DNA of 64,000 nt from an uncultured Ruficoccus sp. (GCA_965140785.1 OZ223519.1:224001-288000); one strand, 5' to 3'; positions 18,280 to 28,460 are shown, counted from the first letter of the stretch. Program-made: numbers and translations. Notes: generated from the letters alone by a model not told the origin.

Positions 18280-21200
18280 TTAAACATCATCCTCGTGCAG
18301 CCAACGGAAAGAGACGATACGGAATTGACGACCAAAATTCGTGGGCGGCGTGCTAAGCTGAGCCCGTGTAGGGTCGGTGTCGTTGGGCATGACCGGGTCG
18401 GGGACGCGCTGGACGATTGCCTCGCACCAGGCGCGGGCCACCACATGGTCGGTCAGCGGATCGACGCAGTCGCCGTAGGCGCGGATGCGGAAAGTATCCG
18501 AGCGCACGCTCATGAGCGGCCCGAGGACTTGAAGCACGTCCCCTTGCAGAATCCAGCCGGGCATCCCGGTGCCGGGTTTATCCGTGGGGCTGAACACATT
18601 TGCATAAGAATCGGGGATTTTCAGGCTTGTGCCGCTGACCGTGCCGACCAGACCGTTACTAAGAGGGTTGTTGACAGTGGTGTCGAGCGCGGCCTGAAGC
18701 GGGCCGCGGCGCTGCTGGTCCGGGTCGCTGGAGCCGGGCCGGCGGTTGACAAAATCTCCGAGTGAGGAAAAGGGGCCGCGCGTGCGCACTTCTTGAACCA
18801 CGGCGGTTGCCAGCGCCGTCAACTCGTTGTCATTGAGTTTACGGTAGGCGTTCCAGAAGTTCTGTCCGGTTCCGGTGGTGGTGAAGCCATTATTGTAGGG
18901 AAGCGGCGTGCGGAAGAAGATCGCTTCGGTGGCTTCCTCCGCGTTATTGGAGGTGCCCGTCGCGGGGTTGTAAATGGGAACGTCCAGATGGGAGTTGCTG
19001 GCCAGGAAGGCCTTCCAGGCTTCGACCGAGGTGGAGTTCACATTGAAGGAACCTTCGGTCAACTGGAAGGCGGCGGCGACTTCGGCGGTGTCGTCGACGG
19101 TGTCATCAGTCAGGAGCTCGGCCAGGTCGCTGGTGTCGAGTTGGTACCCATCGGGCTCATAGAGGGAGAGGTGCGGATTGGGAAGGGCATTGGTCTTGGA
19201 CTTGATCTCGCCGATCAGATCCTCAGCATCGTCAGGGTCCTGCGGCACAGTGGAGAAGTAGTAGCTATCCCAGATTTCATTGTTGAGCACGTACGACCAG
19301 TCGTAAGCATAATGCGAACGGGTGCTGCTCTCGTCGTAGTTGTGTTGGATGCTGTTGGCGGGGATTTTGGAGAAGATATAGCTGTTGCCGAAAATGTACG
19401 CGGGCTCATGCGCGTACCGACCAAGACCGGCGTGCTGGAAGCTCCCCACGGAGATCAGGGGTTCGCGGGGTACGTGAAAGAGCACGACGGATGTCGCCGG
19501 ATCAGCCATACCGCCACTGACACTTGAATCCCGGGTATTTCCCCAGAAACTGGTATAGCGATCGAAGTTCGCAACTTGCGGCTCCAGGGCTTCGCCGGGT
19601 CCGTATTCGTGCATCGTCCAGCCGGGGATGGTCGCCAATCCTTTATTTCCCCGGAAGGCAGCCTGCTTGCCCGAGTTCATGATCGCCCGGGGGTTGGCTT
19701 CGATTAACTGGCGCTGCGGAGCATCCGTTTGTTCGGTTGTTCGAAGGCTGAAGCTCAGCGCGGCAAGGTCGTGAGCGGAAGCAGTCAGTGTGCTCAGGAA
19801 GTAGGAACTCGGTTGGCTTTTGGGGCGGAGGGTCGAGGAGAACTCCTGATAATAGCCATCCATGATCTGGCTGGTAATGTACTTGTGGTTGTCTCTGCCC
19901 GTCTGCTCAGAAAAATAACCATAAGGCATTCGGGATTTTTCATCGCTGTTATTGGCAGGCTCGTAACTGATTTCGACGGAAATTTCAGGGTCTACGGTAT
20001 CATCTTCTTCCAGAATGATGGTGAGCCGGTTCAATTCATCCTGAGTAAAGCCAAAGCGGTCGCTTTTTTCCTCTGAAGGGACATTTTTTCGCTCGGTATC
20101 CGAAGAATACTTGCAAACGGTTCTGCCCTCCACGCTGGCCCTGTGTATAAACGGGTCCGATGACTGCTTATCCCAGGCGCCTCCTGGACTCGTCATGGAG
20201 GCGTTCACCAGATTGACATAGTAGGCGCCATTTTCATTCCAATTCGCTTCCATTTGGGCGAATTTATCATTAGTGGTTAAATTGGTAAGTATGTAGGGCT
20301 CGTCCAGCGCGTAGTAGCGTGTCTCACCGGGACGCAGATCGGTGTTTTGGCTGATGCGCCAGCGGAACATGGAGCCGGTGGTGTCATCTTCGGGAAGAAC
20401 CTCATGCATGCTGAACTCGACCGAATCTCTCTTGCCATCTTTATCGGTGATCGTGATTTCGATCTTGGGCATGAAGTACCAATTAAAATTGTAAACCTCG
20501 TTGTTCAGTGTGATGTCATAGGGGTTGTACAGGGCGATCAGCGGCTTGAAAAACATGACCGGCTTGTAGACGGCCGTTTTTATCGTGTTGTCCTCATTAT
20601 AGACGCTGTCATCCGGATCCAGCTCATAGCCAAGTGCAATGGCTATCCGGAACATGGAGGTGACGGCGTGAACGGGCTGGTTATATTGATATTGCTCGTC
20701 CTCATCGTGGTAAGTAGAAACGATGGCGGATTTGGAGCCGACATAGGCGGGGAGCGGTGTGGTCACCGGGATGGAGCCGTTGCTAACGTCGTTATACAGA
20801 CGATAGTAAGAGGCGAGAATGCCCCAGTTGGGAGCGCCATAGGGGAAGTCATAGTCATCGTCCACATGGAACGTATAGGGGACGGGCCAGGAGTTACCCG
20901 GATTTTCTTCCGTTGTTGGCGATGCGGTCGGGCCGATGCCGAAGTATGCCTCGAAGGCCCGGTCGCTCTCCAGCAGGTGGGTGAGGTCTTTTTTCAGGCC
21001 GCCGTTTTTGACGTCGGCCTGGACGCCGCGGCCAAAAATTGAAAGGTCGTGGAAGTAACGCTGGTCCAGCCCTTCGGTTACGTCGGCGAGGTTGTCCAAC
21101 TCGCTCAGGGCGGTGAGTTTGGCCAGGGTGGCATTGCTGGGGAGCAGATCGCCGAAGCCGGTGTCCACCGCGGTGAAGCCGGTATAGCGCGGCGCCATCA

Positions 21201-21822
21201 GGTCCGGATCGGTGGCGGCGACATCCGCCGGGACGGAGAGGTTGACGCGTGCCTTGGTGTTTTCTTCGCCGGTCCAGTAGGCATAGTGGCCGGTGTCATT
21301 GACGCTCACCTTGCCGGCGGCGATAAAGTTCGAGTTGGGCGTACCCAGGTCATCGACGGTGCCTTCGCCCACCAGTTGGACCCAATCGGCACCCAGGGTC
21401 ACGTCTCCCTGGCTTTGGGCGACCGTGTTATTCATCCCCTCGGGCAGGGAAACCAGCCAGCCCTTGAAGTCGGCGTCCGTGGCGCCGCCGGTGGAGCCGG
21501 ATTGCCAGACGCCGGTCCAGTATTCCTTATAGGGAGCGGCGGTGGGGTCGATGTTGGCCGGGGCGGTGATGCGCTGGTCCGGGCCGGCCAGCTTCTGGAG
21601 TTGACCGAGCGCGACCTTCAAGCCCATGAGAGCGTTTTGTTCGGCCTCGGCCTGGTCATGGCTGATCTGGGTCGTCGCCGTTTCCATGCGGATGAGGGTG
21701 CTCAGGCTGATCAGCATGAGCATGAGAAAGGCCATCAGCGTCAGTGACAGGACCAGGGCGAAACCCGCTTTTGCCTGGTTCTTGCCGGCAGGCGGGCGAT
21801 TCTTGGAGAAACAACAAGGCAT
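18280..21822 (-). CDS. Large PilX/Verru_Chthon cassette protein A-like minor pseudopilin
   Basis: Prepilin-like G|FALVLSLTLMAFL, QNAL..LGQLQK.AGPDQRITA, GGLKKDL, FNVNSTSVEAWKA, C-terminal RSDTFRIRAYG..CEAIVQR..FGRQFRIVSFRWL. Confidence 0.8.
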   Translation of the reverse strand: MPCCFSKNRPPAGKNQAKAGFALVLSLTLMAFLMLMLISLSTLIRMETATTQISHDQAEAEQNALMGLKVALGQLQKLAGPDQRITAPANIDPTAAPYKEYWTGVWQSGSTGGATDADFKGWLVSLPEGMNNTVAQSQGDVTLGADWVQLVGEGTVDDLGTPNSNFIAAGKVSVNDTGHYAYWTGEENTKARVNLSVPADVAATDPDLMAPRYTGFTAVDTGFGDLLPSNATLAKLTALSELDNLADVTEGLDQRYFHDLSIFGRGVQADVKNGGLKKDLTHLLESDRAFEAYFGIGPTASPTTEENPGNSWPVPYTFHVDDDYDFPYGAPNWGILASYYRLYNDVSNGSIPVTTPLPAYVGSKSAIVSTYHDEDEQYQYNQPVHAVTSMFRIAIALGYELDPDDSVYNEDNTIKTAVYKPVMFFKPLIALYNPYDITLNNEVYNFNWYFMPKIEITITDKDGKRDSVEFSMHEVLPEDDTTGSMFRWRISQNTDLRPGETRYYALDEPYILTNLTTNDKFAQMEANWNENGAYYVNLVNASMTSPGGAWDKQSSDPFIHRASVEGRTVCKYSSDTERKNVPSEEKSDRFGFTQDELNRLTIILEEDDTVDPEISVEISYEPANNSDEKSRMPYGYFSEQTGRDNHKYITSQIMDGYYQEFSSTLRPKSQPSSYFLSTLTASAHDLAALSFSLRTTEQTDAPQRQLIEANPRAIMNSGKQAAFRGNKGLATIPGWTMHEYGPGEALEPQVANFDRYTSFWGNTRDSSVSGGMADPATSVVLFHVPREPLISVGSFQHAGLGRYAHEPAYIFGNSYIFSKIPANSIQHNYDESSTRSHYAYDWSYVLNNEIWDSYYFSTVPQDPDDAEDLIGEIKSKTNALPNPHLSLYEPDGYQLDTSDLAELLTDDTVDDTAEVAAAFQLTEGSFNVNSTSVEAWKAFLASNSHLDVPIYNPATGTSNNAEEATEAIFFRTPLPYNNGFTTTGTGQNFWNAYRKLNDNELTALATAVVQEVRTRGPFSSLGDFVNRRPGSSDPDQQRRGPLQAALDTTVNNPLSNGLVGTVSGTSLKIPDSYANVFSPTDKPGTGMPGWILQGDVLQVLGPLMSVRSDTFRIRAYGDCVDPLTDHVVARAWCEAIVQRVPDPVMPNDTDPTRAQLSTPPTNFGRQFRIVSFRWLHEDDV

Positions 21823-22082
21823 GATAATATGAGCCGGGTAAGGGCTAGGGGGGTATGTTTCTATGTTCTTAAATCGGAGTTGTCTTGTCAGGGCTTAAGG
21901 ATTGCTTCTAGATGATATCATTTTCACAAGATTGATCCTGGCTGGCTGATCCAGACGAAAGCAACGATGAGAAGGGTAAGGCTCAGGCCGGCCTGGGACA
22001 GCGATGGCAGTTTGGTGGACAGCTCGTAGATTAAGATGTATCCATTCTGTCCTTTACTCCCCGGAAGTTCAAATTTCCATTA

Positions 22083-22100
22083 GTTCAAACATTTGAGCAT
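22083..22100. promoter_or_regulatory. LacI operator candidate (copy 1) overlapping the lacI start codon
   Basis: GTTCAAACATTTGAGCAT; 16/18 identical to the reverse complement of 23224-23241. Confidence 0.6.
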
Positions 22101-23112
22101 GAAGCGGCGAGTGACCTTAAAACAGATTGCCGAGCGGGCCGGGGTTCACCTTTCCACGGTCTCGATGGCCTTGCGAAATCATCCCCGGATCTCGCAGCAG
22201 ATGCGCACGAAGCTTCAGAAGCTGGCGCAGGAGATGGGCTATGTGCCTGACCCTTCCATGAGCGCGCTGTGCTCTTACCGCAATGCCATCCGCCCGATGG
22301 CGGTGCGCAGTGGATTGGCCTACCTGACGGACATGGACCCGGAGCGGCCCTTTGAGGTTGAGATCTTTGAAAACGCCCGTCGCCGGGCGGCGGAGCTTGG
22401 CTACAACCTGATCGAGTACAACCTGAGCCGCAATTATATGAGCCTGGAGCGCCTGCATTCGATCTGGTGGAACCAGGGCTTGCGGGGCGTTCTCGTCGGT
22501 CCGTTCCGCGGGCAGACCAGCCTGCACGGGACATGGGAACGCTGGCCGGTGGTGGCCGTCGGCTATTCGGTGGAGGAGCCAAGTTTCAACCGCGCCACTG
22601 CCCACCATTTCCAGAATACCCTCTCACACCTGGAGGAACTGCACGCGCGGGCTTACCGTCGGGTGGGCTTGTGTCTGCCGGTTTCGCTGGATGAGCGAAC
22701 GGGCGGACAAATGCACGGGGCCTACCTGCTCGATGCAGAAAAAAACGGCCTCAAGCGCGTGCCCCCGCTTTTTACCCAATGGCCGGTAGACCCCGCGGTT
22801 ATGGACGAATGGGTGCGGCGTCACAAACTGGAGGCGGTCATCGGACATCCCGACCACTACCAGGCGCTCCTGGCGGCGGGATGGGAAGTCCCGCAGCAGA
22901 TCGGTTTTTCCCTGCTGACGATTCTCCATGACGTTCCGGGCTGTGAAGGGCTGGCGGGGTTCGATGCGAAGCCCGGGCAAGTCAGCGTCAACTCGATCGA
23001 TTTTCTCGTTTCGCTTATTCACGAGCAGGCCTGCGGCCTGCTGAGCCCGCCGCGCTTCTATCTGGTCTCGGGAGTTTTTCGCGAGGGTTTTACCGTTCGG
23101 CCCAAGCCGTGA
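22099..23112 (+). CDS. LacI family transcriptional regulator
   Basis: VTLKQIAERAGVHLSTVSMAL HTH, GYVPDP, GWEVPQQIGF. Confidence 0.92.
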   Translation: MKRRVTLKQIAERAGVHLSTVSMALRNHPRISQQMRTKLQKLAQEMGYVPDPSMSALCSYRNAIRPMAVRSGLAYLTDMDPERPFEVEIFENARRRAAELGYNLIEYNLSRNYMSLERLHSIWWNQGLRGVLVGPFRGQTSLHGTWERWPVVAVGYSVEEPSFNRATAHHFQNTLSHLEELHARAYRRVGLCLPVSLDERTGGQMHGAYLLDAEKNGLKRVPPLFTQWPVDPAVMDEWVRRHKLEAVIGHPDHYQALLAAGWEVPQQIGFSLLTILHDVPGCEGLAGFDAKPGQVSVNSIDFLVSLIHEQACGLLSPPRFYLVSGVFREGFTVRPKP

Positions 23113-23223
23113 CTCACCCTTCAAATGATCCCATATCCGGGTGTGTGCGGATTTTTCTGTTGGTTCCGTCATTTGAAGCCTGAGCTCAAAGGTGTTCTCA
23201 GGGGTGACGAAGTCAGCATCGGG

Positions 23224-23241
23224 ATGCTCAATTGTTTGACC
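23224..23241. promoter_or_regulatory. LacI operator candidate (copy 2) upstream of a PEP-CTERM gene
   Basis: ATGCTCAATTGTTTGACC, inverted near-copy of 22083-22100. Confidence 0.6.
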
Positions 23242-23318
23242 TTCGCATGGTTTGTCAGGCGGCGTTCTATGGCTACGATCATAGTCTATCCTATTCGCAA
23301 CCCTAACCCCTACACCTT

Positions 23319-24173
23319 ATGAATCGATTATTCCGCATCCTCTCCCGTCATATTCTCCTGCTGTCTCTGGCCGGTTCGACTTCCTGGGCGGCGACCGACG
23401 TTCTGCTTTCGGAAACCTTTCCTGCCGACAAGCGGCTTGATCAGGACCTGCCCGACACGGCTGCCTGGTACAATAGTTCGAACAGCGGCATCAGCTACAG
23501 CACTGGCAACTTGTCCTCGACGAGCAATCGTTTTTACATGGCTTATTTTACAGATTCGGGCACGGTTGATCTGGCCGTTGGTGAGTCGTTGAGCATTAGT
23601 TTCAGCCTGGCACTGGACACCCCGGACACCAATTACGGTGGCCTGCGCATCGGTATTTTCAATTCAGGTGGCAACCGCATCAGCAGCGACGGCGCCGGGC
23701 TGAATAATCCGCTTTACGATGACTACGTCGGTTACGCATCGATGATGAATGTCAACGCGGGGTCGGCCATGAAGTTTTCCGAACGTAACGCCAATCTGTC
23801 GGAGGCCCTCATTCATAGCGGCACTGCCTACACCTCTTTCAACGAGAAAGGTCTGGGCGATGGAGCCACCTTCACCAGTGGGCAATTTTACGAGGCGGTT
23901 TTCACGCTGACGCGTACGGCCAGCGGTGTCGAAATGTCTGTGGCGATCAGCGGACTTGAGGGCTACTCGGCGACTTATACCGATACGACGAGCGCATTTA
24001 CGTCATTTGACAACTTTGTCATCTACGGGTCCACGAACGCGATGGACGGATATTCCTTGAGCGAGGTTGAAATAACTTATAACTCCATTCCGGAGGCGTC
24101 GACGTCCGGGCTGCTTGTGCTGGCGATCTTCTTACCGCTGCTCGCGCGCTTCCTGCGTCACCGGAGGAACTGA
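23319..24173 (+). CDS. PEP-CTERM sorting domain surface protein (PEA variant)
   Basis: Signal peptide; C-terminal IPEASTS-hydrophobic helix-RFLRHRRN. Confidence 0.85.
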   Translation: MNRLFRILSRHILLLSLAGSTSWAATDVLLSETFPADKRLDQDLPDTAAWYNSSNSGISYSTGNLSSTSNRFYMAYFTDSGTVDLAVGESLSISFSLALDTPDTNYGGLRIGIFNSGGNRISSDGAGLNNPLYDDYVGYASMMNVNAGSAMKFSERNANLSEALIHSGTAYTSFNEKGLGDGATFTSGQFYEAVFTLTRTASGVEMSVAISGLEGYSATYTDTTSAFTSFDNFVIYGSTNAMDGYSLSEVEITYNSIPEASTSGLLVLAIFLPLLARFLRHRRN

Positions 24174-24451
24174 TCAACCTTTCTTTCACTATGCGGGATT
24201 TTTCCCGCCCTTCGAAGCGCAGGCGGGCGAGAGTCCTGCCTTTGCCGTACGGAATGGATTGTGCCCATAACGCGTGGCGGATATGTGCGAACTTGACCAA
24301 CAAGAGAATGGCAGCCAGGAGCGAAAGGATGTCAGCGCCCTTCGGCGACGGTCGCTTTTTACACGACCGTGTTCATTCAACGCGTTTGAATAGGCGAACG
24401 CTTCTCATCACTGGGCGAAACTGGTCCAATTGTTTTAAAAGTAATTTGTAA

Positions 24452-25825
24452 ATGAAAATTGGAAATACCCCCCTTGGGCTCGCAGCCCTGTTCACCTTAA
24501 CCTCACTGTGCCCGGCGGCGGACTCTTCGACTTCTCCGGTTCAGGCCTTGCCCGCTGCGGCGACAGCCAAGCCGGAGGCCCAAGCCCCGGCTCAGACGAC
24601 GGACGCGGCCTTTACGAAGATCGCCTCCAGCGCCACCTACGGGTGCCGCCGCCCGCACGGGTACGGGGTGTACGACCCGGAGGTGGACATGACATTCGTC
24701 TGCTGGAACGGCCCCGGCATGAGCGTTTTGGGGAGCTATTACGACCACGTGACGGGCGAATGGGCGCCGGAGCGGGAACTCTGCCACCAGGAGTTTTATA
24801 GCACCTATGACTACCATAATTATCCCAACATGGTGCAGGCTCCGGACGGGCGATTGCTGATCACCTGGACCGATCACAGCACCGACCTGAAACTGGTGCG
24901 CTCGCCCGATCCGCACGACATGGAAGGGGAGTGGGAGTACCAAGTGATCGAGGAGGAAAACAATTGCTACCCCATGATCATTCGAGTCGGCGAGCGGGTG
25001 TATATTTTTTACAGCCAGACCAAGGACATTCACTGGCCGTATCGACCTTTTGGATACGTTTATTCGGATGACAGCGGCAAGACCTGGTCCGAACACATCC
25101 CGGCGATCGACTCGCAGCAGGCGGACCCTGCCCGCATCGACGAGATTTACGCCTTCCACTACAGCGTCCAACCCGCCGACGGCGAGAACCCCGACCGCGT
25201 GCACTTCGTCTGGGTCATGCGCGGCGGCCCCAACGGGCACAACCAGGGCTCCCGTAACGCGTACTTCGCCACCTTCCTCCCGGATACCGGCACCTGGCAG
25301 TCCGCCGACGGGACCGACCTGGGCGAGGAGATCGATCTCGACGAGATGCTGGCCTCCTGTGTGGTGCTGGATACCGGCTCGATGCCGGATGAGCGCCTGA
25401 TCAACCGCATGCTGTGCTCGTATTATGAGGACGGGAATCCCTTCGTTATCTATAACAAGCGCAACGAGTGCTGGCAGGCGACCTGGGAAGATGGCGGCTG
25501 GCAGCATCAGCGACTGGAAGATATTTACGCCAAGGACCTGGAGCGTATGCCCGACGGCAGCCATCGCATCCTCCTCGCGCCCGGCAGCCAGTCCTCGATG
25601 GAAATTCGCGAGCAGCAGCACAAGGGCGGCGAATGGGTGAAAACCTTCGAGCGGGCCGTCCCTTACGCCGACGGAGCCGACCGGACCTGGTCCATGGCCT
25701 TCATCGACGACTCCCGCCCCGAGGTGGATATTCTCATGAGCCAGCTCAAGCTCGGTCAGGAAAAGAAGGACTACAGCGGCCGCTGGCCGGTCTGGACCGT
25801 CGATACTTCCGGCGACTCTGAGTAG
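24452..25825 (+). CDS. Secreted BNR-4 repeat (beta-propeller) protein, possible polysaccharide lyase
   Basis: Signal peptide + Ala/Pro linker; DYHNYP..PDGRL, CYP, Asp-box YSDDSGKTWS, WQSADG. Confidence 0.72.
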   Translation: MKIGNTPLGLAALFTLTSLCPAADSSTSPVQALPAAATAKPEAQAPAQTTDAAFTKIASSATYGCRRPHGYGVYDPEVDMTFVCWNGPGMSVLGSYYDHVTGEWAPERELCHQEFYSTYDYHNYPNMVQAPDGRLLITWTDHSTDLKLVRSPDPHDMEGEWEYQVIEEENNCYPMIIRVGERVYIFYSQTKDIHWPYRPFGYVYSDDSGKTWSEHIPAIDSQQADPARIDEIYAFHYSVQPADGENPDRVHFVWVMRGGPNGHNQGSRNAYFATFLPDTGTWQSADGTDLGEEIDLDEMLASCVVLDTGSMPDERLINRMLCSYYEDGNPFVIYNKRNECWQATWEDGGWQHQRLEDIYAKDLERMPDGSHRILLAPGSQSSMEIREQQHKGGEWVKTFERAVPYADGADRTWSMAFIDDSRPEVDILMSQLKLGQEKKDYSGRWPVWTVDTSGDSE

Positions 25826-25910
25826 GCGGACGACGCAAATCAATACAGTGTAAGCGATGTCACTGCCGTGGATAGACAGATTGCACGCTGACTGGTAATC
25901 TATTTGCACG

Positions 25911-25937
25911 CGCCGGGGAAGGTCTCCCCGGCGTTTT
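25911..25937 (+). terminator. Rho-independent terminator
   Basis: CGCCGGGGA-AGGTC-TCCCCGGCG followed by TTTT. Confidence 0.7.
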
Positions 25938-26018
25938 AGGAGACTGCTGTGCCCCATGTTGGAGCCTCTGGCAGCGGGGACTCCTGATGTTTGCACTAAC
26001 ACTCTTCGTTACCCATTC

Positions 26019-27443
26019 ATGTCTCGTAAAGCCTTCATACCCGAGTCGGACCGGATTCCGTTTTGGCAGAAAATCGCCTTTGCCTTCGGAGGCAAGATGG
26101 ACTACTTCGCCACCGGCGTGACGGTCAGCATGCTGTGGATGCCGTATTTTAATATCGGCATGAAAATCAACCCGGCGCTGCTCGGGTTGGGCCTGATGAT
26201 CCTGCGAGGTTGGGACGCGATTTCGGACCCGGTGATGGGGAACATCTCCGACAACGCCCGAACGCGCTGGGGCCGCCGCCGACCCTTTATGTTCGTCGGG
26301 GCGATCCTGACGGCGGCGATCTATCCCTTTTTATGGCGGCCGCCGGCTGGATGGAGCGAGTTGGGGATGTTCTTTTACCTGCTTGTCGTCGGATGGCTGT
26401 TTTTCACGAGTTTCACCTGCTGGTCGATGCCCTACTACGGGATGCAACTCGAGCTGACCCCGAACTACGACGAGCGCACCCACCTGACCGCGTGGATGTC
26501 CTTTTTCTCCAAGCTCGTAGTTCTGGGTGGCGGCTGGATTATGGCCATCGTGACCGGGCCGTGGTTCGCCAACCCGGAGACGGGAGAGGCGGATATCGTC
26601 AATGGCGTGAAAACCTGTAGCTGGTTCCTGGCGGGACTGATTGTGGTGGTCGGGCTCATACCGGCCTTGTTTGTCAAAGAGCGTTATTATGAAAAGGAGA
26701 CCAAAACCCAGGCCAAGGACCCCTTCTGGCAGAGCATCCGGGAGACCTTCAAGTGCAAGCCGCTGTGGTTCCTGATCGGGGCCTCATTTTTCCTTTCGCT
26801 GGGCAACTCCTCAGTGGCCAGTCTGGGACAGTACGTTAATATCTATCTGGTCAACGAAGGGCGGCTGGCCGATGCCTCGGTGGTGGACGGCTGGCGCTAC
26901 ACCACCATGGTTGTGGTGGGCATCCTGACCCTGCCGCTGCTGACCTGGCTGAGCGAAAAGTACGACAAGAAGACGCTCGTCATCGCCGTGCTGGTCCTGG
27001 CCATGATCGGACACCTGCTCTACTACTACTGCCTCAACCCGCAGATGCCCTACCTCCAGCTGATACCGGCCACCCTGCAGGCGGGCAGCCTGTCGGCTTT
27101 CTGGATGTTCATGCCCTCCATGAAGGCCGATGTGGCCGACTACGATGAGGTGGACACCCGCCGCCGACGGGAAGGCGCACTCAACGCCTTTTACTCGTGG
27201 TTTATCAAGGCCGCGGGCACCTTCGCGATGGGCATGGGCGGCCTCATGCTGGAGTTTTCCGGTTTCGATGTGATGCTGGCGCAGCAGCCGCCCGAGGTCC
27301 TCGAGCGCATGAAGTGGCTCTTCCTGGTCACCCCGATTCTGATCTGGGGGTTCTCACTCCTGCTGATTCTCAAATACCCGCTTACCCGCGGGAAGGTGTT
27401 CGACATCCGCACCCTGCTCGAGGACCGGCGTGGCAAACTCTGA
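26019..27443 (+). CDS. MFS GPH-family (melibiose-type) sugar transporter
   Basis: WDAISDPVMGNISD..RTRWGRRRPF, ELTPNYDER, ADVADYDE..RREG; about 12 TM helices. Confidence 0.92.
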   Translation: MSRKAFIPESDRIPFWQKIAFAFGGKMDYFATGVTVSMLWMPYFNIGMKINPALLGLGLMILRGWDAISDPVMGNISDNARTRWGRRRPFMFVGAILTAAIYPFLWRPPAGWSELGMFFYLLVVGWLFFTSFTCWSMPYYGMQLELTPNYDERTHLTAWMSFFSKLVVLGGGWIMAIVTGPWFANPETGEADIVNGVKTCSWFLAGLIVVVGLIPALFVKERYYEKETKTQAKDPFWQSIRETFKCKPLWFLIGASFFLSLGNSSVASLGQYVNIYLVNEGRLADASVVDGWRYTTMVVVGILTLPLLTWLSEKYDKKTLVIAVLVLAMIGHLLYYYCLNPQMPYLQLIPATLQAGSLSAFWMFMPSMKADVADYDEVDTRRRREGALNAFYSWFIKAAGTFAMGMGGLMLEFSGFDVMLAQQPPEVLERMKWLFLVTPILIWGFSLLLILKYPLTRGKVFDIRTLLEDRRGKL

Positions 27444-27688
27444 GCTCCGAAGTACGCCCCGACGAAGCCCCCCTGGTCGTGCCTTAACGCATACCCCGGC
27501 AGTCGCTTGGAGATCGAGTCAAGATAGTGCAAGTATAGTCAATCGCGGCTATAGACGCCCACGGCGCGGATATGCTTAAATGCTTAGGTACTGACGGATC
27601 GTCCTGATGGGCGGAGAATGCCGATTGTCGCTTAGGTCGGTTCCGCGCAGAGCAACCCCGACTTATATCCCGCGAACCCAACTATTTT

Positions 27689-28417
27689 ATGAGTAAGACA
27701 TCCATGCAAGACCGTGTCGTTGTGATCACCGGTGCCGCCGGCGGCTTCGGCCAGGCCCTGGTCAAAGCCCTCGCCCCGCAGGGCACCCGCCTCGCGCTGG
27801 CCGACCTCTCCGAGGAGGCCCTCGGCGAACTCTCGGCCCAGGCCACGAAACTTGGCGCGGCCGAGGTGTTGACCGGCGTGGTCGATGTGACCGAGGAGGC
27901 CAGCGTGGCCGCGTTTTTCACCCAGGTGAAAGACAAATACGGCCGGGCCGACGTGCTGGTCAACCTGCCGGGCATGTCCATCGCCGCGCCTGTGGCGGAG
28001 ATGCCGGTCGAGTCCTACGACAAGATCATCGACGTTAACCTGAAAGGCCTCTTCCTCGCGGCCAAGCACTTCATCCCGCTGGCGCAGGCGGAGCACTCCC
28101 CGCTGATCACCTACATCAGCTCGCAGGCCGCCACCCGGCCCAACCCGAACGCGCCCGTTTACTGCGCGGCCAAGGCCGCCGTCTCGGTCTTCGGTCAGGG
28201 GCTCGCCCTCCAGCTCATGAAGCAGGACATCCGCGTGACCGCGATCAAGCCCGGCCCGGTCAACACCCAGGGCTTCTGGGGCGACCGCCCGGTGCCGCGC
28301 GAGAAGTTCATGCAGACCGACGATGTGGCCGAGGTGATTAACTTTGTGCTGACCCTGCCCGAGCACCTCGTGATGCACGAGGTCAGTTTCGAGTCCTTCG
28401 CCTTCTTCAAGAAGTAG
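27689..28417 (+). CDS. SDR family oxidoreductase
   Basis: TGAAGGFG, YCAAK (YxxxK), PGPVNT. Confidence 0.9.
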   Translation: MSKTSMQDRVVVITGAAGGFGQALVKALAPQGTRLALADLSEEALGELSAQATKLGAAEVLTGVVDVTEEASVAAFFTQVKDKYGRADVLVNLPGMSIAAPVAEMPVESYDKIIDVNLKGLFLAAKHFIPLAQAEHSPLITYISSQAATRPNPNAPVYCAAKAAVSVFGQGLALQLMKQDIRVTAIKPGPVNTQGFWGDRPVPREKFMQTDDVAEVINFVLTLPEHLVMHEVSFESFAFFKK

Positions 28418-28460
28418 GGGCGGGGGCGAAAGCGATTTCCTTTTTTGCCAGGAGCAAACC

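Noticed and set aside
24503..26002. 499-aa minus-strand ORF
   Set aside because: Antisense shadow of the BNR-4 gene
27572..27587. ATGCTTA direct repeat upstream of the SDR-dehydrogenase-kduD operon
   Set aside because: Too short, and no second occurrence was found to support an operator
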